64,000 nucleotides of DNA from a virus: IMG/VR virus record IMGVR_UViG_3300002026_000004, positions 1 to 64,000 of that record; one strand, written 5' to 3'. How positions within the stretch are numbered: position 1 is the first letter of the stretch; the number at the start of each line of letters is the position of its first letter. The position numbers and the translations under genes were made by a program. Positions 30,763 through 40,541 of this stretch are shown here, piece after piece. The notes under the pieces were generated by a model that saw only the letters and a list, made by a program, of their open reading frames with translations, was not told where the DNA came from and searched no databases.

Positions 30763-31188
30763 TTAACCGTTCATTCTCTGTAGTGTCTTATATTCCCCTG
30801 GATAAGTTTCAACAATACGAATATCGGTACGAGTCTTCTGTTGCTCTTTAATATATCGTAATGTTACTGGATTTCCATCTAAACGAACAATCTTGTTCTC
30901 ATCAATTTTCATTTGAATTTTCTCCTTTTCAGTAATGACATCATTAGCCATTTCTGTAATAACGCTTGGTACAATTGCTTCCTGAATTGTTTCTGTAACA
31001 GGTTCAGGAGTTTCCTCTGGTTTAACATAATCAGAAAACTTAGCATCTAAATCAATAATTTCTTCTTCTGAGTCTTCAATAACTGTTTCCTCTACAACTG
31101 GACCTTCTTCTACTGTTAATTCAGGTGTACTCATAATAACATTAGGAAGGACAATACCTTCTTCCTTAACTACACTTTTCTTTGCCAT
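30763..31188 (-). CDS. Acidic hypothetical protein
   Basis: E-rich N-terminus; AGGAG RBS. Confidence 0.6.
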   Translation of the reverse strand: MAKKSVVKEEGIVLPNVIMSTPELTVEEGPVVEETVIEDSEEEIIDLDAKFSDYVKPEETPEPVTETIQEAIVPSVITEMANDVITEKEKIQMKIDENKIVRLDGNPVTLRYIKEQQKTRTDIRIVETYPGEYKTLQRMNG

Positions 31189-31561
31189 TTGTTTCTCCTT
31201 TAGCTAAATCTAATAATTTTTCATAGGATGTTTCACCTACAATTCTTTTCCAATATTCATCACGTTCTTCTCTAGTTATCAATTCACCAGTAATAGGATG
31301 TTTACAATCATCTAAATTATGATGAACATACCTATTCATTAAAACAATGTTCTCATCAACATAACAAAGATGAGGGTACAAACTAACGGGCCAAATATGG
31401 CAATGGTCTAATCTTGTTAAGAGATTTTTAGGCGCATATTTACAAAGCATCTGTACTTCTTTTACAGTACAATCTAGTAAAAATCTACATCTATTCTTAT
31501 CTCTCTTAGTAACTCTCTCTTTAACTGCTTTCCATTTTAAATCATTCTTGTCCCGCCGCAT
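31166..31561 (-). CDS. HNH endonuclease
   Basis: KWKAVKERVTKRD..RC, LDHCHI, ENIVLMNRYVHH. Confidence 0.8.
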   Translation of the reverse strand: MRRDKNDLKWKAVKERVTKRDKNRCRFLLDCTVKEVQMLCKYAPKNLLTRLDHCHIWPVSLYPHLCYVDENIVLMNRYVHHNLDDCKHPITGELITREERDEYWKRIVGETSYEKLLDLAKGETNGKEKCS

Positions 31562-32121
31562 TAAACCTCCTTAGTGTCAATTTTATTTAATAATTCTGCA
31601 TTATCAAAAAAGAAGTCTCCTGCTTGTTCTTTAGAAAATTTTCCATTCCTAATATTTTTAAGAAAGAATACTGAGGACTTATTTAATTTATATCTAAAAA
31701 CTTCTAAAGTTTCTTTATCTATTAAGATAAATGTATCCTTATAAATAATAACTTTATCAATTAGATATTCCTTCTTACTTAACAATACTTTTTTAGTAGG
31801 AATAGTATCGATAGGTACTCCTGACTGAGCAATTTTTGTTTGTTCTTCAATAGTTGTAGGAATTTCTGTTTTAGAAATCTTTATAATTATTGGGTAACAA
31901 TTTTGAATTAATACTTGTTTAATAGCATGAATAAACTCTTTAACATCAATAGTATAATCCCAAGGGAATTCATAAACAGTATCTTGAGACTCATCTATAA
32001 CTTGGACTAAAGAAGCAGAAGTAGTAAAGCTTAATAGTATCGGGGATTTTTCACAGAAATTAGTAAATCTTTTTTTAAACTCCATTTCGTAGGATTTTGA
32101 ATCTTTTCTTGTGTAAAGCAT
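31561..32121 (-). CDS. Hypothetical protein
   Basis: ORF with AGGAG RBS. Confidence 0.65.
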   Translation of the reverse strand: MLYTRKDSKSYEMEFKKRFTNFCEKSPILLSFTTSASLVQVIDESQDTVYEFPWDYTIDVKEFIHAIKQVLIQNCYPIIIKISKTEIPTTIEEQTKIAQSGVPIDTIPTKKVLLSKKEYLIDKVIIYKDTFILIDKETLEVFRYKLNKSSVFFLKNIRNGKFSKEQAGDFFFDNAELLNKIDTKEV

Positions 32122-32122
32122 G

Positions 32123-32404
32123 TTAGCTCCTTAAATATTTTGCAACTTCTTCTTGAGTTGGAAGTTTTTGATACTCTGACCAATAACTGAAAAAAAACTG
32201 ACCAAACTTACCGAACGTTTGAGCGTCGTTTCTATTAACATTATTTTCCCTAGTATAATCTAACCAAATTTCATATTGAACTCTATTCCATAGTGCTAAA
32301 TTATGTCTACCGAAATTAGTAGTATCTATACTTTCTTTCAAAGTAGATAATTGTCTAAATGCGTCATTCATTCTTACTTTAAAGTTTTTCATTATTAACC
32401 TCAT
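32123..32404 (-). CDS. Hypothetical late protein
   Basis: ACTAATTT motif 4 nt before ATG; contains LKE-S site. Confidence 0.6.
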   Translation of the reverse strand: MRLIMKNFKVRMNDAFRQLSTLKESIDTTNFGRHNLALWNRVQYEIWLDYTRENNVNRNDAQTFGKFGQFFFSYWSEYQKLPTQEEVAKYLRS

Positions 32405-32415
32405 ACATAAATTAG

Positions 32416-33402
32416 TTATGCTAAAGCAAATGAATTATTACTAATAGCCTTAAACCCTCCTTTATTTCTAAAATCTTCTACCGAAGTATGTAATTTTTCA
32501 AAAACTTCTCCAACATCCTTTATTGCTAATTCTCTAATTTTCAATACAGAAACAGGAACCTTAAATTCCTTCATAGAGTCTTTTAAGTTTATTACTGATG
32601 TATTACCAGCAATATCATTATTAGGAATAATAATGATTTCAGGAAAATGTTTAAGCATGTTTATTTGGTATGCGGATACTGCTGACCCAAACATTACTGA
32701 AGAGTTCTTAAAGTAGAAGTCTGACCGTAATAGCATTAAATCAATTAAACCTTCAACTATATATAATGGTTTAGTTTTATCTAAATTATTAATATCAAAT
32801 ATTGGTTTAATAGAGTTCCTAGGATATAAGACTTTAGCTTTTAATAATCTGCTAATATCCCTACCTTCCATATTTACTAACTTTCCTGACTCCCCATAAA
32901 TAGGAATCATTAGTCTATTTCTAAACCTTAGTCCGTTAATAAAGGAATCTGATGTATATTGAACATTAAGACTTCTAGCTATATCAAAGGATATTCCTCT
33001 TGATATTAAATAATTTTTAGCTTCTATAGAGTGCTCAAAAGGTAATAGAACTCCTCTAATATCAATATTAATTTTATTCTCATCAGGAAGTTCCTCAACA
33101 AAATCAACTTTTGTAAACCCTCTATGACTTTTTGTCAACTTAAAATCATCATCATAACCAAGAACTTGGAATATGTTTTGAGAGTATTTATCTTGACATA
33201 ATTTGTTAATAGAACCAGCATAATGGCAAGAGAAACAATGGAAAGTTCCACGAGTAAAAGATACAGATAATGAAGGTGTTTTATCTTTATGTCTAGGACA
33301 ATGATAAAAACCAGAGGTTCGTGAAATTGATTTTGTTGAAGTTAATCCACAAAGCTCTACCGCCCTTCTGTAGTCATCTGGTGTTAGTTCTGACCATTCC
33401 AT
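32416..33402 (-). CDS. DNA primase (CHC2 zinc finger and TOPRIM); start reassigned to ATG at 33402
   Basis: CPRHKDKTPSLS...FHCFSC, RLMIPI, IVEGLIDL, NNDIAG; the track's extra N-terminal codons coincide with the promoter. Confidence 0.9.
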   Translation of the reverse strand: MEWSELTPDDYRRAVELCGLTSTKSISRTSGFYHCPRHKDKTPSLSVSFTRGTFHCFSCHYAGSINKLCQDKYSQNIFQVLGYDDDFKLTKSHRGFTKVDFVEELPDENKINIDIRGVLLPFEHSIEAKNYLISRGISFDIARSLNVQYTSDSFINGLRFRNRLMIPIYGESGKLVNMEGRDISRLLKAKVLYPRNSIKPIFDINNLDKTKPLYIVEGLIDLMLLRSDFYFKNSSVMFGSAVSAYQINMLKHFPEIIIIPNNDIAGNTSVINLKDSMKEFKVPVSVLKIRELAIKDVGEVFEKLHTSVEDFRNKGGFKAISNNSFALA

Positions 33403-33408
33403 ACCTAT

Positions 33409-33437
33409 AGTATATAGTAAAAACTCATTTTTGGCTA
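33409..33437 (-). promoter_or_regulatory. Middle-class promoter TAGCCA-N17-TATACT
   Basis: Ends 6 nt before the primase ATG. Confidence 0.75.
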
Positions 33438-33460
33438 TCATTTTTGTAAATAAAGATTAA

Positions 33461-33630
33461 CAATACTACATAGGATTTTTCATATATATGAGTCCACCAG
33501 ATATACAGTTTTTACATATATGTATATGCAGTTTTTAATGATAGTAATACTAATATATAATTAATAATATTAGTTATATTAGAGCAAGCTCAAATTAAAA
33601 AGAAATTACTCAGTTTAATGAAGAAATATT
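33461..33630. repeat. Dispersed ~170-bp intergenic element, copy 1
   Basis: Shares CAATACTACATAGGATTTTT, CCAGATATACAGTTTTTACATATATGTATAT, ATAGTAATACTAATATAT and ACTCAGTTTAATGAAGAA with 60521-60688. Confidence 0.9.
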
Positions 33631-33656
33631 ATTATTACAAATTATGTTAATTCCTA

Positions 33657-33685
33657 TTGACATTTGTTGACTTTTAGTATATGAT
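33657..33685 (+). promoter_or_regulatory. Early sigma70-type promoter
   Basis: TTGACA-N17-TATGAT. Confidence 0.8.
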
Positions 33686-33702
33686 TACTAAGAGGTGTAA
33701 AA

Positions 33703-34647
33703 ATGTTCAATGAACTGATAACTAGACTACCTGATAATATAATAATTCGACTTCAAAACTGTATGCAAGGCCCAAAGTGGCACCCAGAAGGGTCTGTATA
33801 TAATCATATGAAGAACATCGCTAGTATTCTTCCTAACGATATTAATTTACAGATTGCTAATATTTTTCATGACTTAGGGAAGTTAAATACTACCGAGGCT
33901 ATAATAAAGAAGGGTATATTAAAAATAACTTCATATGGTCACGAAGACTACGCTGATGAGTATATTAATGACTATAAGGAGCTTTTCGACGACCTGAACC
34001 CTGATTGGGATTTGATTAGGTATATCTGTATTAATCATATGGATGCTCATAATTTTGCTAATGGAAGTATTACTAAGAAGTCTAAGGTAGATGCTTGGAC
34101 TTTAGAAAAGTATCATTCTCAAGTTATGGAGTTTGAGAAGGCAGATAGTACAATTCCTACTAGTAAAGCTCTACCTATTGTTATACTTACTTTAGGGATT
34201 CCGGGGAGTGGGAAATCGACTTGGAGAAATGAGTTTATTACTAATAACCCTGATTTTAGTTTTATCTGTCCTGATGATTTGAGAAAGCAAGTTACTGGTG
34301 ATATTTCAAATATTTCTCAGGATTATAAGGTATGGCAAATTGCTGAGTACCTATTGAAGGAAAATATCTTAGAAAGAAAGAATACTGTTTTTGATTCAAC
34401 AATGTGTTCACAACGAACAGTCACTCAGTTTCAGAAAATAGCTAATGACTCTATTATTGTTTATAAGATTTTTGCTGTTGACCCTGTTACAGCTAATGAG
34501 AGGATTGCGAAAGATATTAGTAATAATGTTAACCGTTCTAAGGTTCCTTCAGATGTTGTTTATAGAATGTTTTCTAAGTTTAGTAATATAGTTCTGAATA
34601 TTAAAGTTCAGGCTATGAATAATGAAGTATTAATAATTAAGGAGTAA
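33703..34647 (+). CDS. HD-domain and polynucleotide-kinase-like (AAA_33) fusion; probable RNA end repair
   Basis: QGPKWHPEGSVYNH, FHDLGK, GHE, HM; LGIPGSGKSTW, CPDDLR, VFDST. Confidence 0.85.
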   Translation: MFNELITRLPDNIIIRLQNCMQGPKWHPEGSVYNHMKNIASILPNDINLQIANIFHDLGKLNTTEAIIKKGILKITSYGHEDYADEYINDYKELFDDLNPDWDLIRYICINHMDAHNFANGSITKKSKVDAWTLEKYHSQVMEFEKADSTIPTSKALPIVILTLGIPGSGKSTWRNEFITNNPDFSFICPDDLRKQVTGDISNISQDYKVWQIAEYLLKENILERKNTVFDSTMCSQRTVTQFQKIANDSIIVYKIFAVDPVTANERIAKDISNNVNRSKVPSDVVYRMFSKFSNIVLNIKVQAMNNEVLIIKE

Positions 34648-34650
34648 AAT

Positions 34651-34791
34651 ATGGATATCAATGCAACGCTCTATCTAATGAGGGACTACAAAATTCGATT
34701 ATCTGAGGATATTAATAAAGCTAATAAGCTTTATGATAAAATCAATAATGTAATTAAAAGTAGGAAAGAACTTATATCAAGGTGGAAATAA
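34651..34791 (+). CDS. Small hypothetical protein (46 aa)
   Basis: AAGGAG RBS; MDINATLYLMRDYK...SRWK. Confidence 0.5.
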   Translation: MDINATLYLMRDYKIRLSEDINKANKLYDKINNVIKSRKELISRWK

Positions 34792-35142
34792 ATGAAAAAG
34801 CAAATAACATTAGATTATGAGGAATATGAAGAGATTCAGAAAAAATTAAAGGTAATAAGGGATTTAAAAAGTAAATTACCTTTTTATACCATTTATAGAA
34901 ATTATTATTTACGGCATGAAAGATATGATTTTTATACAAGTTCATATGAAGGTGTTTTTTGTTTAGAAACTAACGCAGAAGCTCTGAAATCAATAAAGGA
35001 AGAGTTTGATGTATTGAATAATACTTATACTGATGTTCTTAAAAAGAGGAGAATACTAATATCTGAGATTTATGACTTATCTTTATTTGATAGAATATTT
35101 GGTTGGGGTAAAGTTTTAAAACTCCTAAAGGATAATGCATGA
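34792..35142 (+). CDS. Hypothetical protein
   Basis: ORF in an early operon. Confidence 0.6.
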   Translation: MKKQITLDYEEYEEIQKKLKVIRDLKSKLPFYTIYRNYYLRHERYDFYTSSYEGVFCLETNAEALKSIKEEFDVLNNTYTDVLKKRRILISEIYDLSLFDRIFGWGKVLKLLKDNA

Positions 35143-35747
35143 AAACCATTGAAGTAACTGATGAGCAATATGAGTTTCTTAAAGAGGCTCAGAACCTTAT
35201 AAAAACTCAAAATAATCGTTCAACTCGTGACCCTATTTATGTAGTAATGAGTAGGAAAAAAGTATATGGAATGGATTCCGAGTATTCAGAAGAATATGGT
35301 TGGTATAATGATGACCAAGGTTTTGACCCTGAAACTAATGAGGAACTCTTTGAAAACTTAATGGAAGAAGATTGTTTACAAGATTTAATTGATATTCATA
35401 ACAATGAGGAAGAATCAGTAATTCTTGACAGTGATGAAAATGCTTGTAAATTATGGTTCTTAGCAGAATTAGAAGAAAACATTTGTTCTTCAGTAGAAGA
35501 TTTTATTGAGAGTAAGGGGTATAGAAAAGTCTATTATACTTATGAAGAGAAGATTTCAACATCCTCAAATATTTTTAGTCTATTTGAAGCTGATGCTGTT
35601 GACTTTGTTAAGAGTAAATGCTATGATGTAGATAATGGGAATAAGAATGATATTTGGTCTTATGCTGATTCTTCTTGGAGGTCAGTAAGAATGAATAAAG
35701 TTAGGGATTTATTAACTACAATTAAATTAGGGGAATCATATGTTTAG
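35139..35747 (+). CDS. Hypothetical phage protein
   Basis: IKTQNNRSTRDPIYVV motif common in phage early proteins. Confidence 0.65.
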   Translation: MKTIEVTDEQYEFLKEAQNLIKTQNNRSTRDPIYVVMSRKKVYGMDSEYSEEYGWYNDDQGFDPETNEELFENLMEEDCLQDLIDIHNNEEESVILDSDENACKLWFLAELEENICSSVEDFIESKGYRKVYYTYEEKISTSSNIFSLFEADAVDFVKSKCYDVDNGNKNDIWSYADSSWRSVRMNKVRDLLTTIKLGESYV

Positions 35748-36180
35748 ATTCAGAGGATGGTCTGTTTTAGAAAAGAAGTTTATAACAGAATTTTGGATTA
35801 TGACTCCTGACGGTCATGCTATATGGCCTATAAATCATTTTAATCGTGGAGAAATAATTCCAAACTTATCCACAAATCAATTTGATAAGAATAATGTAGA
35901 GATATACCAATCAGATATTATTATTGTTCCTGAAGGTTGGTCAGGAGATTACTTAGAAAAAAGTCATTTAGATACAGTAATATATTATGATAACTATGGT
36001 GATTTAGGGTTTAGTGTAGATAAGCCTGATGATTGTCAATGGTGTAATTTAGAAGTAATTACAAATATTCATGAGTCACCAAAGTTTACTGACTACGTTG
36101 ACGCTCTAATTGACCTTAAAGTATGTAAAGGGTTTAAGCAAGCATTTGAAGATTATAAGAAGGGAATTGACTATGAGTGA
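35740..36180 (+). CDS. YopX-family protein
   Basis: FRFRGW...STNQFDKNNVEIYQSDII...LEVITNIHE. Confidence 0.8.
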   Translation: MFRFRGWSVLEKKFITEFWIMTPDGHAIWPINHFNRGEIIPNLSTNQFDKNNVEIYQSDIIIVPEGWSGDYLEKSHLDTVIYYDNYGDLGFSVDKPDDCQWCNLEVITNIHESPKFTDYVDALIDLKVCKGFKQAFEDYKKGIDYE

Positions 36181-36991
36181 ATATTATTCTTTTATTTATG
36201 ATGTAGAGGAATTAAAATACTTCTATGATAATATCCTCCCTGACTTAAACCCTACTGAGGTATATTTCGTTTCACTTTCAGCTAGAAAAAAATATCTAAC
36301 AGAAGAAGAAATTGTAGAATATCAATTAGGTAGAACAGAAATGTTTTGTAAGTCATTAATAAGAAAACGAGAATGGGATAGGTTTCTTAGAACTATTAGG
36401 AAATTTGAATGTCATAAAGGAGGATATACTACAAAGAATGGAAAATCTATTCCAGAGAAATCTATAGTAGTTTATATCAACATTAATCCTAGCTCTACTC
36501 TACAAGCTATTGCTGGGTTTAAAAAGGTATTAGCAGAATATGAGGTTGAATTAGCTTCAATGGCCTTATTAGGAAAGCGTGGTGATATTGAGAGTCTTGG
36601 TTATAGATTAAATAAGATTGATAATAATTTATATACAGAGTACCAACAATCTCGTGGTAAAAAAGTTTGGATTGATATTGATATGGATATTGATAAAGGT
36701 TTTAAGATATATAAGGATAAAGACTTTAAAAAGTTCTTAAAAGAAAAGAAAATCAATACTTATTATTTTATTGATACTAAATCAGGCTATCATATGTTAA
36801 TTAAGAAAGATGAACTTAAATTCAATCCTAAAGATATTATTGATAGAGCTACTGAGCTTTACGAGGAATGGCATTTTGAAGAATATGGAGTCAATGTTAA
36901 AGATTTTGAGATTATTATTAATCGTAATGAGATGCTATGTGTACCTGGAACCCTACAAGGAGGTTATCCTGTTATAATACTAAATAAGTAA
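36173..36991 (+). CDS. Possible archaeo-eukaryotic primase-polymerase (AEP)-fold protein; start reassigned to ATG at 36173
   Basis: WIDIDMD (DxD), DTKSGYHML (sGxH), CVPGT. Confidence 0.45.
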   Translation: MSEYYSFIYDVEELKYFYDNILPDLNPTEVYFVSLSARKKYLTEEEIVEYQLGRTEMFCKSLIRKREWDRFLRTIRKFECHKGGYTTKNGKSIPEKSIVVYININPSSTLQAIAGFKKVLAEYEVELASMALLGKRGDIESLGYRLNKIDNNLYTEYQQSRGKKVWIDIDMDIDKGFKIYKDKDFKKFLKEKKINTYYFIDTKSGYHMLIKKDELKFNPKDIIDRATELYEEWHFEEYGVNVKDFEIIINRNEMLCVPGTLQGGYPVIILNK

Positions 36992-37503
36992 TGAAGATAA
37001 CAGCTAACACAATTAAAACCGCCTTACTTTGTTATTATAGATTCCACAAAGGAGAACTATGTGCTACTGAGTATTCTCATCCATATGGGATTGCTGATGT
37101 AGTAACATTAACTAAAAATAATGTAACATTAACTGAGATAGAAGTAAAAATATCTAAATCAGATTTATTAAACGAGCTTAAACATAAAGAAGTTAAACAT
37201 ATTATGCTTAATGAAGATAAGCATATAACTAAAAGTTTAAATAACAAAATACCTAATAAGTTTTACTTTTGTGTTCCAGAGGAATTAGTTGAGGAAGCTA
37301 ATAAACTTTGTGAAATAATAAATCCTAAATATGGTATTATTGTTTTCAAACCAAAAAAGCGTCCAGAAGCTTCCTTAGAGATAGTTAGAAATGCTTATAA
37401 ATTACATTCAACTAAATTAGATTATGATGAGATTAGAAGAACAATAACAAATAGAATTTGTAATGATATCTGTGTGTTCTATCGTGATGAGTATTGGTCC
37501 TAA
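36991..37503 (+). CDS. MmcB-like PD-(D/E)XK nuclease
   Basis: GIADVV...EIEVKISKSDL...PNKFYFCVP...YGII. Confidence 0.75.
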   Translation: MKITANTIKTALLCYYRFHKGELCATEYSHPYGIADVVTLTKNNVTLTEIEVKISKSDLLNELKHKEVKHIMLNEDKHITKSLNNKIPNKFYFCVPEELVEEANKLCEIINPKYGIIVFKPKKRPEASLEIVRNAYKLHSTKLDYDEIRRTITNRICNDICVFYRDEYWS

Positions 37504-39539
37504 CCTAATCCTTGTTCTCTCATAAAAGTATCTAACTTCTTTTTTTTCATCTCAGGAGAAATTATTATTTCTTCTTCATTAAATGTTTCTGAACATTTTT
37601 CTGATAGATAAATTCTACATCCTTCTACAGAAGCACAAACAGCATCAGAAATATCCTTAGCATGTAATCCTACTGCTGATGTTTCCCATCGTAAATCTCC
37701 ACCTAAATCACCAGTATCTCCTACAGTATGGTCAATTTTACGAGACTCAGAACGCTTACGTTTTACTACTCGTAATGATTTAAAGTTGTTTTTTAAGAAT
37801 ATATTTTGACCTACTCTAATTCTATTCTGATTTAGTAATTGTGTTAATGCTAAGTATGGACCCATCTCAGTATCAACAGATAATTTCTCAACAATATCTT
37901 CACCTAATGCCCTTTTAATATATTGTATAGAAGCTTCTGATTGAAATTGGTCAAAGGTAACTTTTACTATAGGAACATTTCCTTTCATAACTAAATCACA
38001 AATAAATAATTTAATTGCGTCTAAGTTTATTCTCCCTCCTAATGGAGCTATCGCTATTGTGAAGTCAATAATATATATAGGGTCTAAGGAACCAAACTCA
38101 TTTCTAAACATCTCTACATGGGACATAGCAATTCCTGTTAAGTCTCCTGATATAGATTGGTCAATAGAAATAACTCTTGGTAAGTGTGGTTTATAATAAT
38201 ACCTATATCCTTTTTCTGTTTTAATAAAGAAGTCGTTAACTACTTTATTCCAAATTAATCCTTCAGGAGTATCAGTTTCATTAGCTTGAATATAACTATA
38301 CATATTTTTCATCTTAGGAATAAACACTTGGTCTATCTTACTAAAGTCAGCAAATATTCTATCTGTAGAACCTTGAGGAATTCCTAAAATATCTTTAATA
38401 GATTTAGTAGTATCATTCTTAAATAACTGATATATATTAGGTTCTTTAGGAACCCATAAAATATCAATAGGGTCAACACCTTCAGTAGATGTTAATACTT
38501 CTGCTATCTTTCCATTACCACCAACGAATACAGGGAACTTCTCAGTAATACCTTCAAAGTCTTCAGGAGCGAAATCAACACGACCACCAGTACACACTAA
38601 ATTACTTGGGTCTTTTTTAGCTTCATACCAACAATAATTATCAATAGGTGATTCAATATCATTAGGAGAGGAGTCTATAATTGCTCTACCAAAATAGTTT
38701 CCCTTCATACGAGAATCAATACGAAGCTTCAAGTCATTATACATACGCATAATATATGAGTCTGGTTTTCCTGCTTCTCTGAAGAAGGCTAACTCAGATA
38801 AAACTCCTGAAACAATTGTTAATCCTAATAAGGAGTGAACAGATGAAGCTAACTTAATGTTAGAACCATTAGAGAATGCTATTTCAGATGTAGGAGAAGC
38901 TGTAGTCCAGAATATCCTATCAATTTGTTCTAAGTTCTTAAACTCTTCTTCCTTCTTTATCATTGATTCTTTAGTACGAACCTTCTCAAAATAAGGGGAA
39001 GCTTCTAGTATATTTGTCATAGGCTCTAATAATAATTCTGAAGATTTATCTAATGAATATGAAATTAATAATTGTGCTAAAGTAGTTGCTGGATTTAATC
39101 CAAAGAACTTTTTAGGATTACGCATTAATGACATATGAACAGCAATATATATTGTAATCAATGAAGATAAATAGGATTTTCCAAAACCGAGTCCTTGGTA
39201 CAATACTAAATTGCGTTTCTCTGAAGGTGTTAAGAACTCTATAAAGATTTTCTTAACTCTTTCATACGTTGATTCTGCTACTGAACCTAGATACTTAGAA
39301 GAAATAAAGTTTTCAGCAGTAGGTGGCTCTGCCCTATAATGGATTCTCCATGACTGTTGTGTTAATCTCATTTTATCATAATCTGTTAGTTTAGGATTAT
39401 TGATAATGAAATCATAAGCTCTCTGAATTTTCTTCATATCATAACTAACTAATAGCTTATTATATATTTCTTCATCACCCTCTAAAAAATCTAATACTTG
39501 GAATGAAGTATCTATCAACTCTTTCTTTATTATGTCCAT
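37500..39539 (-). CDS. terL: Terminase large subunit
   Basis: Walker A GLGFGKS, Walker B-like GVLSE, coupling motif IDSSPN; nuclease motifs VISIDQS, TFDQFQS, KDISDAVC. Confidence 0.85.
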   Translation of the reverse strand: MDIIKKELIDTSFQVLDFLEGDEEIYNKLLVSYDMKKIQRAYDFIINNPKLTDYDKMRLTQQSWRIHYRAEPPTAENFISSKYLGSVAESTYERVKKIFIEFLTPSEKRNLVLYQGLGFGKSYLSSLITIYIAVHMSLMRNPKKFFGLNPATTLAQLLISYSLDKSSELLLEPMTNILEASPYFEKVRTKESMIKKEEEFKNLEQIDRIFWTTASPTSEIAFSNGSNIKLASSVHSLLGLTIVSGVLSELAFFREAGKPDSYIMRMYNDLKLRIDSRMKGNYFGRAIIDSSPNDIESPIDNYCWYEAKKDPSNLVCTGGRVDFAPEDFEGITEKFPVFVGGNGKIAEVLTSTEGVDPIDILWVPKEPNIYQLFKNDTTKSIKDILGIPQGSTDRIFADFSKIDQVFIPKMKNMYSYIQANETDTPEGLIWNKVVNDFFIKTEKGYRYYYKPHLPRVISIDQSISGDLTGIAMSHVEMFRNEFGSLDPIYIIDFTIAIAPLGGRINLDAIKLFICDLVMKGNVPIVKVTFDQFQSEASIQYIKRALGEDIVEKLSVDTEMGPYLALTQLLNQNRIRVGQNIFLKNNFKSLRVVKRKRSESRKIDHTVGDTGDLGGDLRWETSAVGLHAKDISDAVCASVEGCRIYLSEKCSETFNEEEIIISPEMKKKKLDTFMREQGLG

Positions 39540-39561
39540 ATCATCCTTTATTTCGTTATTA

Positions 39562-39575
39562 TAACTAATTAGTTA
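39562..39575. promoter_or_regulatory. Palindromic bidirectional late promoter
   Basis: TAACTAATTAGTTA between the divergent terL and 39586 genes. Confidence 0.7.
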
Positions 39576-39585
39576 GGGGTGAATA

Positions 39586-39885
39586 ATGGCTAAATTAAAT
39601 AAAGACTTACTACCACTATATATAGCTTTAGTATCAGGATTATTCTCTATTTTATCTACGATAGCAGACAATTTAACTAAAAATGTCAAAATAGAAGTAT
39701 TAACTAAGTCAGTTCAATTAAAAGCACCAACAATATCTAAAGTAATTTATAATAAAAACAATGAAATTATTGCGTTTATTTTAGCTAACCCTAAACCAAT
39801 AGCCTTTGGCCTAATAAGTCTCCTAGCTATTATAATTTATGTAGTAATCAGGCTTAAAAAACGACCATCACGGAAGTCAAAATAA
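39586..39885 (+). CDS. Small two-TM membrane protein (holin-like candidate)
   Basis: Two hydrophobic segments; basic C-terminus KKRPSRKSK. Confidence 0.5.
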   Translation: MAKLNKDLLPLYIALVSGLFSILSTIADNLTKNVKIEVLTKSVQLKAPTISKVIYNKNNEIIAFILANPKPIAFGLISLLAIIIYVVIRLKKRPSRKSK

Positions 39886-40541
39886 TGAAAATAACACTAA
39901 AAGAAGTTAGTAACCTAAATGATAATTTTTATCGTTGGTTTGGTAAGTCTAAAGTTGTTGACAAGAATGGAAAACCATTAGTAGTACATCATGGAACAAA
40001 AGGTGAGTGGGAAGATACAACAATCTTTATTCCCTCATTAAAAAATGATATTGGTTCCCACTTTGGCACAAAAGACCAAGCTAACAAAATTTTAATTCCT
40101 TCAGAACCAGAAGAAATTATTGATTTAGATTCTAAGTATTATAAATATATGAGAATGATGCCCTGTTATTTAAAAATAGAGAACCCTCTTTATTTAGAAG
40201 ATTTATTGACCTGGGATATGGATTCAATGGGTGATACTTTAACAGATTTATATATTATGGATGATATAGAAGTATTCAAATTATCTAAATTATATAGAAG
40301 GCACTCCTTTGGAGCAAAGACAAGAACAGAGGAATCTGATGATATTCTAAGTTTTATTCAAGAAAAAATAATACGTGCGTTAAAGAAAGCTGGATATGAT
40401 GGAATTATTTATGAGAACCAAACTGAAGGCGTTGGTGAATCTTTTATGGTTTTTAGACCAAATCAAATTAAGTCTATTTTTAATAAAGGCACTTGGAATC
40501 CTAAATCAAGTAAAATTAATGAAAATATAGGGAGTGTATAA
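39885..40541 (+). CDS. ADP-ribosyltransferase-like (ART-PolyVal type) protein
   Basis: NFYRWFGKSKVVDKNGKPLVVHHGT, GSHFG, CYLKIENP, GYDGIIYEN.EG, VFRPNQIKS. Confidence 0.8.
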   Translation: MKITLKEVSNLNDNFYRWFGKSKVVDKNGKPLVVHHGTKGEWEDTTIFIPSLKNDIGSHFGTKDQANKILIPSEPEEIIDLDSKYYKYMRMMPCYLKIENPLYLEDLLTWDMDSMGDTLTDLYIMDDIEVFKLSKLYRRHSFGAKTRTEESDDILSFIQEKIIRALKKAGYDGIIYENQTEGVGESFMVFRPNQIKSIFNKGTWNPKSSKINENIGSV

